Assembly (NCBI GenBank): GCA_041666745.1
Contig: JBAYGI010000001.1
Coordinates: forward strand, 6,447-70,446
DNA length: 64,000 nucleotides
Direction: 5' to 3'
From: Candidatus Magasanikiibacteriota bacterium
GTDB taxonomy: Bacteria; Patescibacteriota; Patescibacteriia; Magasanikbacterales; GWA2-37-8
The notes beneath the pieces are model-generated. The model worked only from the letters and a program-made list of their open reading frames with translations. It was not told the origin of the DNA and searched no databases. Both the position numbers and the translations under genes were made by a program. Positions 56,699 to 64,000 of this stretch are shown here, in pieces. Numbering within the stretch: position 1 is the stretch's first letter; each line of letters opens with the position of its first letter.

Positions 56699-58083
56699 AA
56701 ATTTTAAAAATAATTTTAATTGTAATTTTGCTTCTGATAATCGGTGTAGCCGGTTTTGGTTATTGGTCAATTCGTTCCGGTAACTTACAAAAAGCAGTAG
56801 TAAATAAAGTGGCTACTCAATTGGCACAAAATCCTGCTGAGCAAAATTTTTTGCAAACAGTTATGGGTTTTGGGAAACCACGCACTTATTTGATTTTATT
56901 TTTAAATAACACCGAGTTGCGCCCGGGCGGTGGGTTTATTGGCGCTTACGGATTGTTGCGAATGGACAAAGGTACGCCCAGTTTGTTAAAAGTAGAAGGC
57001 ACGGAAATTTTGGATAATACCGGTAAAAAAGATTTTGAATCAGTGGCACCCGCTCCAATTACCAAATATTTAAAAGTGTCCAGATGGTATTTTCGAGATA
57101 GCAATTGGTCGCCGGATTTTGCAAACTCATCACAAAAATCGGCTGAATTATTTTTGAAACAAGGTGGGTTGGGGGAAGTGGAAAATATTGACGCGGTTAT
57201 CGGATTTACTCCATCGGTAATTGAGGAAATATTAAAAATTCACGGTCCGATAAAAATTAACGGTGAAGAATTTAACGCGACGAATTTTACTGAAAAATTG
57301 GAGTATGAAGTTGAATACGGATACAAAGCAAAAGGCATCGAATTTGATCAGCGCAAAAATATGTTGCGTGATTTGGCCTACGCCATGCTGGACAATTTAC
57401 GTTTTGATGTGTTTAAAAATTGGCAGAAGTATTATGATTTGACTCAGCGTTTATTAAAAGAAAAGCAGGTGGTATTTTATGCTCAAAATAATGATGAGCA
57501 AAATATTTTAGCTAGTAAAGATTGGGCGGGAAAAATGAAAACCAGTTCCGGTGATTATTTATTATGGGCGGATGCCAATTTGGGTTCGCTAAAAACCGAC
57601 GCGGCGATCACGCGTGAATTGAGTTATGTGATTGCTCCTACTGGTACAGATAAATTTGTCGCTACTGCCAAAATGAAATTTATTCACAAAGGTAAATTTG
57701 ATTGGCGCACTTCACGTTATCGAGATTACGCGCGCGTGTTTGTGCCGGTTGGTAGTAAACTGATAAAAGCAGTCGGTACTATGGAATCGGAAAAATCTAC
57801 CAAGCCGGGGGTGGTTGATCAGGGTATAGAAAATGGTCGTCAGTGGTTTGGTGGTTTTATTGCGGTTGAGCCGGGTCATACCTCCGAATTGAGTTTCCAA
57901 TATTATTTGCCGGAAAATATTGTTTCAGCTATTAAAAATGGACAATACAATTTATTAACTCAAAAACAAATTGGCACCAATAATATTAAATTGACTTTGG
58001 ATTTAAATTTTGGTAAAAATCACTATAATCAGTTGACGAATTTGCAAGAGGATAGGGAATTTAAAGTAATAATGGCGAAATAG
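56695..58083 (+). CDS. DUF4012-domain membrane-anchored protein
   Basis: N-terminal TM helix and FLNNTELRPGGGFIGAYG. Confidence 0.65.
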   Translation: MKILKIILIVILLLIIGVAGFGYWSIRSGNLQKAVVNKVATQLAQNPAEQNFLQTVMGFGKPRTYLILFLNNTELRPGGGFIGAYGLLRMDKGTPSLLKVEGTEILDNTGKKDFESVAPAPITKYLKVSRWYFRDSNWSPDFANSSQKSAELFLKQGGLGEVENIDAVIGFTPSVIEEILKIHGPIKINGEEFNATNFTEKLEYEVEYGYKAKGIEFDQRKNMLRDLAYAMLDNLRFDVFKNWQKYYDLTQRLLKEKQVVFYAQNNDEQNILASKDWAGKMKTSSGDYLLWADANLGSLKTDAAITRELSYVIAPTGTDKFVATAKMKFIHKGKFDWRTSRYRDYARVFVPVGSKLIKAVGTMESEKSTKPGVVDQGIENGRQWFGGFIAVEPGHTSELSFQYYLPENIVSAIKNGQYNLLTQKQIGTNNIKLTLDLNFGKNHYNQLTNLQEDREFKVIMAK

Positions 58084-58084
58084 T

Positions 58085-59092
58085 ATGTTTATCAAGAAAA
58101 TCGGCATTGATTTGGGGACGACGAATGTTTTGGTGTATGTACCCAAAAAAGGGATTGTTTTGAACGAACCAAGTGTCGTGGCAATATCCAAAGCCGATGG
58201 TAAAGTGTTGGCGGTTGGCTTGGAAGCCAAAGATATGTTGGGGCGAACACCGGATACGATTGTCGCCGAACGTCCGCTCAAAGATGGAGTGATTGCCAAC
58301 TACCAAATAACCGAGGCGATGTTGCGTTATTTTATAAACAAAGCTTTGGGTGGGGCGCGTTTGTTTAGACCGGAGGTAATGGTGGCGGTGCCGGCGGGAA
58401 TTACTTCGACCGAAAGACGCGCGGTGATTGATGCGACTATCGCGGCCGGCGCGCGGGCGGCTTATATTATCAAAGAACCGATTGTCGCGGCGATTGGCGC
58501 GGATATTCCGATTGGCGCGGCCTCTGGACATATGATTATCGATATTGGCGGGGGCACGGCTGAAATCGCGGTGATTTCTTTGGGCGGAATTGTTTCGAGT
58601 GGATCAGCTCGGGTTGGTGGTACAAAATTTGATCGAGCGATTGTGGAACATATTCGTCAAAAATATAATTTGGCGGTTGGTGAACGCACTTCTGAAGATA
58701 TTAAAATTACCGTTGGGTCGGCGATGTTTATGGACAAGCCTTTGACTATGGAAGTAAAAGGACGTGATATGATCAATGGACTGCCTCGTATTATTACTGT
58801 TTCTTCTGATGATACTACCGAAGCTTTGCAACACGAGCTAGGTCTTTTGATTGACGCTATCAAACAAGTGCTTTTTGATACTCCGCCGGAATTGTCGGCC
58901 GATGTGATGGATAAAGGAATAATAATGTCGGGCGGATCTTCGTTGCTGCGCAATTTGGATGAGTTGGTGGCTCAAGCGACTGGGGTGCCGACTTATTTGG
59001 CTGAGGAGCCTTTGTTGTGTGTGGTGAAGGGGACGGGGATTGCGTTGGATAATTTGGATAGTTATAAGCGTAGTATTTTGGCTACTAAATAA
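58085..59092 (+). CDS. mreB: rod-shape-determining protein MreB
   Basis: IGIDLGTTNVLVYV, DIGGGTAEIAV and the rest of the actin fold. Confidence 0.95.
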   Translation: MFIKKIGIDLGTTNVLVYVPKKGIVLNEPSVVAISKADGKVLAVGLEAKDMLGRTPDTIVAERPLKDGVIANYQITEAMLRYFINKALGGARLFRPEVMVAVPAGITSTERRAVIDATIAAGARAAYIIKEPIVAAIGADIPIGAASGHMIIDIGGGTAEIAVISLGGIVSSGSARVGGTKFDRAIVEHIRQKYNLAVGERTSEDIKITVGSAMFMDKPLTMEVKGRDMINGLPRIITVSSDDTTEALQHELGLLIDAIKQVLFDTPPELSADVMDKGIIMSGGSSLLRNLDELVAQATGVPTYLAEEPLLCVVKGTGIALDNLDSYKRSILATK

Positions 59093-59116
59093 TTTTCTTC
59101 ATTTTTTTTATTTTTC

Positions 59117-59248
59117 GGACAAGCCTTGATAATATGTATTTTGAAACACGTGTCGGTTTTGTTTCGACAAAACCGCACTCTCACTCACTTCGGCTGTGAG
59201 ACCGAAGTTCCGTGGCGGTTTCAAAACACATATTACCAAGGCTTGTCC
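59117..59248. repeat. 31-bp near-perfect inverted repeat pair flanking a 70-bp hairpin-rich core (MITE, inverton or sRNA-like)
   Basis: Left ggacaagccttgataatatgtattttgaaac (59117-59147) against right gtttcaaaacacatattaccaaggcttgtcc (59218-59248): 29 of 31 complementary. Both mismatches would be G-U pairs in a minus-strand transcript. The core has cggtttt/aaaaccg and cttcgg/ccgaag hairpins. Confidence 0.7.
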
Positions 59249-59267
59249 TCTGAATATCTTCTTTTTT

Positions 59268-60389
59268 ATGTTTATTGGTATCGATGCTTCACATGCAAAT
59301 AAGTTACAACGGACTGGTGTGGAAGAATATTGTTGGCAGGTGATTCAGGAATTAAAAAAAATTGTGCCGAGTGACTGTCGGGTGGTTTTGTATTCCAATG
59401 GTAATTTGTTGCCGGAGTTGGATCAGTTGCCGGCAAACTGGGAATTAAAAATTTTAAAATGGCCATTGAAAAAAATGTGGAGCCAGTTTCCTTTGGCTTA
59501 TGAGCTTTGGAAAAATCCGCCGGATGTTTATTTTTCTCCGGGACAATTGTTGCCATTTTTTGCTCCCAAAAATTCGGTGGTGATGGTGCACGATAGCGCG
59601 TTTGAAGCTTATCCGAATGTTTATAGATTTTTTGGTCGGCAATATTTGAAATGGATGAATCGGTTGATTGTCAAAAAATCTAAGTTGATTTTAACTTCGA
59701 CGGAATTTAATAAACAGGAAATGTTAAAATTTTATGATTCCCCCCACTGTCATTCCGACCGACTGAAAGGAGTGGAGGAATCTCTTTCCAATAAAATAAA
59801 AGTTATCCCCCTGGCCTGTGATTCTAAAAAATTTAATTTAGAAAAATCCGCCGGTCAAAATATTTATGGTAAATATATTTTGTCTATTGGTCGGCTGGAA
59901 GAAAAAAAGAATACCGCTAGAATTGTGGAAGCTTTTGGTTTGGTAAAAAAACAATTTTCAGATTTAAAATTGGTTTTAATTGGAAAACACGGAGCGTGTT
60001 TTGAAAAAATTCAGAGAGCGATTGATAGTAGTGAATACAAAAAAGACATTATTTTACTTGGGTTTGTGGAGGCGGATGAATTGTTAACTATATTAAAAAA
60101 CGCGCAGGTATTCGTGTTTCCTTCACTGTATGAGGGGTTTGGTATTCCAGTATTGGAGGCGATGACGGTGGGAGTACCGGTGGTGGTGAGTAAAGGCGGT
60201 GCTTTGGAAGAAGTAGGAAAAGAAGCGGTGGAGTGTGTGGATCCACTGGATACAAAAGATATTAGCGAGAAAATTTTAAACCTTTTGCAGGATGAAGAAT
60301 ATAAAAAACAAAAAATCGCCTTAGGTTTGGAAAGAGTAAAACAATTTTCTTGGGAAAAAACCGCGCGAGAGACATACCTATCATTATGA
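59268..60389 (+). CDS. GT4-family glycosyltransferase
   Basis: E-x7-E motif (EGFGIPVLEAMTVGVPVVVSKGGALEEV). ATG at 59268 preferred. Contains an in-frame palindromic repeat at 59748-59784 encoding CHSDRLKGVEES. Confidence 0.85.
   Translation: MFIGIDASHANKLQRTGVEEYCWQVIQELKKIVPSDCRVVLYSNGNLLPELDQLPANWELKILKWPLKKMWSQFPLAYELWKNPPDVYFSPGQLLPFFAPKNSVVMVHDSAFEAYPNVYRFFGRQYLKWMNRLIVKKSKLILTSTEFNKQEMLKFYDSPHCHSDRLKGVEESLSNKIKVIPLACDSKKFNLEKSAGQNIYGKYILSIGRLEEKKNTARIVEAFGLVKKQFSDLKLVLIGKHGACFEKIQRAIDSSEYKKDIILLGFVEADELLTILKNAQVFVFPSLYEGFGIPVLEAMTVGVPVVVSKGGALEEVGKEAVECVDPLDTKDISEKILNLLQDEEYKKQKIALGLERVKQFSWEKTARETYLSL
59748..59784. repeat. palindromic element, in-frame in the GT4 gene
   Basis: tgtcattccgaccgactgaaaggagtggaggaatctc. 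Confidence 0.7.
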
Positions 60390-60400
60390 TGAATATTGCC

Positions 60401-60429
60401 TGTCATTCCGAGCGAAGCCGAGGAATCCC
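60401..60429. repeat. palindromic element (intergenic)
   Basis: tgtcattccgagcgaagccgaggaatccc, a near-identical copy of the one in valS. Confidence 0.75.
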
Positions 60430-60440
60430 TTTCAAATAAA

Positions 60441-60470
60441 AAATCCGACTAAACTATGGTCGGATTTTTT
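60441..60470 (+). terminator. rho-independent terminator
   Basis: atccgac/gtcggat stem followed by T6. Confidence 0.7.
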
Positions 60471-60546
60471 AACCTTTTAAATTCATTTCTCTCTTGAATT
60501 TAATAGGAGGGGGAGGTGCACGGAGCGCCTAGTAGCCCTCCACTTT

Positions 60547-61089
60547 TCATTCGCACCTCCGAAAGAACTTTTTGCCGAGTTTCTGCGCCAGATCCGCCAT
60601 GCGGTTGGTGCGTTCGACATCGGCTGTTGTTTGAGAGCGGGCGACGCGCAACTGTGCGATTCGCTCGCGGATTTCTGCGGTGGTCGCGGATGTGTCGGTT
60701 AGGGTAATGTAGCCCAACATGTGGGCTGCATGAATCCCTACCTCGCCACCGTGGCCGTGTATATCCGACCAGATTTTCAACGCCATTTTCTGGGCGCTGA
60801 TATCTCCGGTTATCCGCCACCATATGAACAGTAGGTTGGCCAACATGTTTTTGGCCTCACCATCCTTGAGCGTTGCTGTCACGCTCATTTCCTCCAGAAA
60901 TTTTAAGCCTCCGTACCGCTCCATGACCGTCATGGCGGCTTTTTCGCGTCCGTCGCTGATGAGGTTCGTCACCATGTTTTGGACGAACTCCAGCTTCGCA
61001 AGGTCTGCGATCATATTGCCCTCCGCAAGCTGTAAATGCACAGCACTGGCAAAACAGTTGATATTATCAGGTCTGTTAAGTTTTGTCAA
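60547..61089 (-). CDS. GC-elevated hypothetical protein (180 aa; foreign composition)
   Basis: GC is clearly above the flanks. TTG start at 61089 or ATG at 61014. No recognisable motif (HGHGGEVGIHAAHMLGY). Confidence 0.45.
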   Translation of the reverse strand: MTKLNRPDNINCFASAVHLQLAEGNMIADLAKLEFVQNMVTNLISDGREKAAMTVMERYGGLKFLEEMSVTATLKDGEAKNMLANLLFIWWRITGDISAQKMALKIWSDIHGHGGEVGIHAAHMLGYITLTDTSATTAEIRERIAQLRVARSQTTADVERTNRMADLAQKLGKKFFRRCE

Positions 61090-61121
61090 TGTCGGGTATG
61101 TTCGGGTGGCTGTGCAAAACT

Positions 61122-61150
61122 TTGACGATTTGCCAAAAAAGTGTTATATT
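61122..61150 (+). promoter_or_regulatory. sigma70-type promoter
   Basis: TTGACG, 17-nt spacer, TATATT. Confidence 0.5.
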
Positions 61151-61195
61151 AGAATTAATTAAAATTATTTTATTTTAAAATAAACTTTGAACAAT

Positions 61196-63649
61196 ATGAC
61201 AAAAAGAAATAAGGAATCTTTTGGGGCTCCACAAGAAGCTCGAGAACCTAAGGTTGGTGGGGTTGAAAAAAATAAAAAGGTAGAGGTGTGGACAGACGAA
61301 AGAGCCAATGAAGATTCAGAAGCGAAGGCCAATCGTTTGTTTGATCAGATGAAGAAAGATCTGAGAGAAAAAAGAGCGGAAGCAAAAAAGGAAGGCAAAA
61401 GTGAAACGGAAATTAAAGCTATTAAATTTGACAAAAGTTCGGATGCCTACAGAGCGTGGATTGATGCCTGCAGTGATAACACCTATGAAGATTTGGATAA
61501 AAGAGAAAGTGAATTGCACGCTAGATTAGAAAAAGCTCAAGAGGCCGGTGAAGATGTTGAAAAAAGCGGTTTATATGACCAGTGGGAAAGAGCCAACAGA
61601 AAGCTTGGTACGGTTTCCGCAGCTAGGAGAATTAGAAAGGAATTAGATATAAAACTAACTAGCATAGAAGATAGAATAGGAGATTTAACAGAAAAATCAG
61701 GAAGTTTGGGTGGAGACAATTTATCTATCGGTGCTGAGGTCATTACTTTGGGTGGAGAAATTGACGTTGTAACTGCCCAAAGAAGTGTAGTAGATACACT
61801 CGCGGTTAACCCAGATGATGTGATTGAAATGCCACCACCATTCACAATAGAAAACATATTGGAAAGTGAAAATGATGCAAGTGCACTTGAAGCAATCATG
61901 GAAGAAGTTGACCCGAGATTAGCTACGGTTGAAGGTGGTTTTTTTGGTGTTGAAGCTTCTTCCGGAGGTAGAGGCGCAGAAAAAATCATATCAGTTTTTT
62001 CAAAAGAATTAGCCAAAGATGAAAAGGCCAAAATTGGTTTTAGGGAAGCAGTCTTTACTCAAAAGTTAAATCAATACGTGGGTGATGATGAGGTTTTTGC
62101 TGGCTTGTTATTAAAAAATAAAGAATTTATAGGGGCAGTCAATGATTTTTTTAATGCCAAGGTTGGACCGTTTGGTAATAAGGCAATGGAAATGGCGGCG
62201 ACATTTACTTATATTTTGGAGATTGCCCGCTCTATTTATGATACACAAAAGACTGAAATGTCACGAGCCAAAAACCAAGATTCTGAAGTGGAGCCACGAA
62301 AAGAAGGTGTAAGTTTTGTGGAGAATGAAACAGTGCCGTCAAATTTGATGGAGCACACAGCAATAAAAAGATTTTTTGGGAGTTTAGATAAAAAGTCCGG
62401 AATAAAGGATCCAGGAAAATTAAAAGCTGAGGTTAGCAGTTTGAAGTCGGATATGAATGTCAAAAAAGCTGATTTGGAAATTCAGCAAGACACTTTGAAA
62501 CAATGCAAGTGGTATGAATTCAACAAAAAGAGTCAATTAAAAGATAAAATAAAATCTACCACCAAGGATATTGCCGGGTTGTTTGAGGCGCTCGTGCATT
62601 TGGGAGATCAGATTACTGGCAAAGAAGTGGATGGTCATTTGTTAGCAGGTTCAGATTTAGCCAATTTAAATTTAGTTTTGGCTGATCAAATAAATCAACT
62701 AAAATCCGGTAAAGAAAAAATTGGTTCTACGGATTTCTTCGATAGGTTTGCTGAAGTGTCAGCCGTGCTGGCTGCATTGGCAGTTATGTTTTCTGTGGCC
62801 ATGGCGGCTAGAAGCGAAGGAAAGGCCAGACCACAACAAGCAGAAGAAACTGAGATGGTCAGTGTAGTAAATGAAGCAACAACTGAAACAGAAGAAACAG
62901 AGGCGCCGGTTAGTGGTAGTCGTGAAGAAGTTCAACCAAAGGATTTTGATCTGGGTATTACAGCACTTCCTGGTTTTATAGAAAATGAAACACCGTCGGT
63001 AGTTAAGAAAACTACCAGAGGAGCAAGACATATAGAATCAAAACCTGGTTCTTCTGCGGACACAAAATTAACGTACGAAGAACAAATGAAAAAGTTTGAT
63101 GATCAAATCGAATCTCAACGCAGGTATGTCCGTGGTTTAGAAGAACACAAAGGAAAAAGTACAACACCGACATTGGATATTGAAAATCTAGGAAAGGAAG
63201 ACAAAACATCACCTGTCTGGCATGAAAATACTATCGCCAAGGCTGAAGCAAAGATATTGGAATTAGAAGCAGCCAAACGAGCTTATTCTTTGAAAAAACA
63301 CCAAGATGATATTTCAAGAGAGACCAAAGTTCCAGGATCTGTTCCAAAAGTTCAAGTAGAGGTAGAACGACAAGTTGATTACAAGAGTCTTGATTTTAGC
63401 CGACCATATATTGGTCAGTTAGGTACTGCCTTTGATTTGGTGAGAGAAATACACGAACTTGCTTCAGTGGCAAAACCACGTGATTTAAAAGGATTGGTAA
63501 CCAAGTTAGGGACAGCAATTAGCTCAAGTGAACAGTTTAGGGGGCAAGGTAATCATAGTGCCGGTGATATTACAGCGGCAAAAAATTTAGAAAAAGTTGC
63601 CAAAGAAATGCGCAATAAAATAAATAACAACCAATTGAGCGGGTTATAA
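61196..63649 (+). CDS. large acidic hypothetical protein with central TM/hydrophobic segment
   Basis: ATG at 61196 (the track's TTG is at 61187). Hydrophobic AVLAALAVMFSVAMAA; coiled-coil-rich. Confidence 0.55.
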   Translation: MTKRNKESFGAPQEAREPKVGGVEKNKKVEVWTDERANEDSEAKANRLFDQMKKDLREKRAEAKKEGKSETEIKAIKFDKSSDAYRAWIDACSDNTYEDLDKRESELHARLEKAQEAGEDVEKSGLYDQWERANRKLGTVSAARRIRKELDIKLTSIEDRIGDLTEKSGSLGGDNLSIGAEVITLGGEIDVVTAQRSVVDTLAVNPDDVIEMPPPFTIENILESENDASALEAIMEEVDPRLATVEGGFFGVEASSGGRGAEKIISVFSKELAKDEKAKIGFREAVFTQKLNQYVGDDEVFAGLLLKNKEFIGAVNDFFNAKVGPFGNKAMEMAATFTYILEIARSIYDTQKTEMSRAKNQDSEVEPRKEGVSFVENETVPSNLMEHTAIKRFFGSLDKKSGIKDPGKLKAEVSSLKSDMNVKKADLEIQQDTLKQCKWYEFNKKSQLKDKIKSTTKDIAGLFEALVHLGDQITGKEVDGHLLAGSDLANLNLVLADQINQLKSGKEKIGSTDFFDRFAEVSAVLAALAVMFSVAMAARSEGKARPQQAEETEMVSVVNEATTETEETEAPVSGSREEVQPKDFDLGITALPGFIENETPSVVKKTTRGARHIESKPGSSADTKLTYEEQMKKFDDQIESQRRYVRGLEEHKGKSTTPTLDIENLGKEDKTSPVWHENTIAKAEAKILELEAAKRAYSLKKHQDDISRETKVPGSVPKVQVEVERQVDYKSLDFSRPYIGQLGTAFDLVREIHELASVAKPRDLKGLVTKLGTAISSSEQFRGQGNHSAGDITAAKNLEKVAKEMRNKINNNQLSGL

Positions 63650-63671
63650 TCAGAACCACAAAACCAAAAAT

Positions 63672-63700
63672 TTAAAAAACCGGTTATCCGCCGGTTTTTT
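63672..63700 (+). terminator. rho-independent terminator
   Basis: aaaaaaccgg/ccggtttttt. Confidence 0.7.
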
Positions 63701-63754
63701 AAATTTTAAATAGTTGCAAAATTTGGTGTTTTTTGTTATGATAAATATGTATTT

Positions 63755-64000
63755 ATGCAGTTTATAGGCCAACCGCACATAACGTCATTTTTTGATTTAG
63801 CCTTCAAACATTCCAGTTTAGGGCAGTCTTATTGTTTTGTCGGCGCGTCACAAATTGGAAAACGCACTTTGGCCAATAATTTGGCTGCTCAGATTTTGGA
63901 TGTTGAATTGGAAAAATTAAAATTCAATCCGGATTATTATTATTTGGAGCGTCAAGAAGAGGAAAAAACCGGAAAAAAGAAAAAGGAAATTTCCGTGAAT
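63755..64000 (+). CDS. holB: DNA polymerase III delta-prime subunit, partial (continues past window end)
   Basis: FIGQPHITSFFDLAFKHSSLGQSYCFVGASQIGKRTLANNLAAQIL is a Walker-A-like P-loop in the clamp-loader N-domain. Confidence 0.6.
   Translation, partial: MQFIGQPHITSFFDLAFKHSSLGQSYCFVGASQIGKRTLANNLAAQILDVELEKLKFNPDYYYLERQEEEKTGKKKKEISVN

Noticed and set aside
1-64000. Alternative genetic code (UGA = Gly or Trp, as in some CPR lineages)
   Set aside because: TGA terminates the integrase and uvrC exactly at their conserved C-termini, and no in-frame TGA interrupts conserved proteins. The standard code applies.
1-64000. CRISPR arrays, rRNA genes, group I/II introns
   Set aside because: No regularly spaced direct repeats and no rRNA-like or intron-like conserved cores. 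The only tandem or dispersed repeats are the short palindromic family and the IR pairs described.

Overview
The window is a low-GC (about 35-40% by eye), gene-dense, mostly co-directional segment that looks like a small-genome Patescibacteria/CPR-type bacterium using the standard code. TGA is a genuine stop at the integrase and UvrC gene ends. Recognisable content is overwhelmingly housekeeping. Translation: rplY, rpmE, rpsB-tsf, rpmB, prfA-prmC, rplJ-rplL with an L10 leader, valS, tyrS, argS, aspS and tRNA-Leu(GAG). Glycolysis: gap, pgk, eno and two tandem iPGM paralogs. Nucleotide and DNA metabolism: ndk, pyrD, a pyrH-like kinase, xseA/xseB, a UvrC-like gene, scpA/scpB and holB (partial). 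Cell envelope: mreB, a GT2 protein with QxxRW, DUF4012, GT4, a PBP5-like D,D-carboxypeptidase and bactofilin. Also present are a sensor kinase, a Xer-like tyrosine recombinase and several large hypothetical proteins. I found no rRNA and no CRISPR array. Five unusual things stand out. (1) A roughly 590-bp segment carrying a 160-aa ORF is bracketed by a 27-bp inverted repeat and sits directly beside the tyrosine recombinase; it is a candidate invertible or mobile cassette. It abuts a GC-rich, highly structured 320-bp noncoding block that contains a dif-like site sharing CGCATAATGTAT with E. coli dif. (2) A dispersed family of short palindromic elements (TGTCATTCC...GGAATC) has at least 10 copies; they lie in intergenic DNA and are also inserted in-frame inside uvrC (three times), prmC, valS and the GT4 glycosyltransferase. 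This resembles Rickettsia palindromic elements. (3) Three compositionally foreign high-GC islands each carry a single ORF with its own promoter, RBS or terminator: a truncated MBL-fold hydrolase, a Rossmann-fold oxidoreductase and an unknown 180-aa protein. (4) There are larger palindromic, MITE-like structures: a 31-bp near-perfect inverted repeat flanking 70 bp upstream of GT4, a 140-bp palindrome splitting xseA from xseB, and a multi-hairpin block after rplL. (5) A shared promoter motif TTTTTGTGGTATAATATA drives pgk and the histidine kinase with very short leaders. All coordinates and identities come from reading the sequence and the ORF translations; no searches were run.
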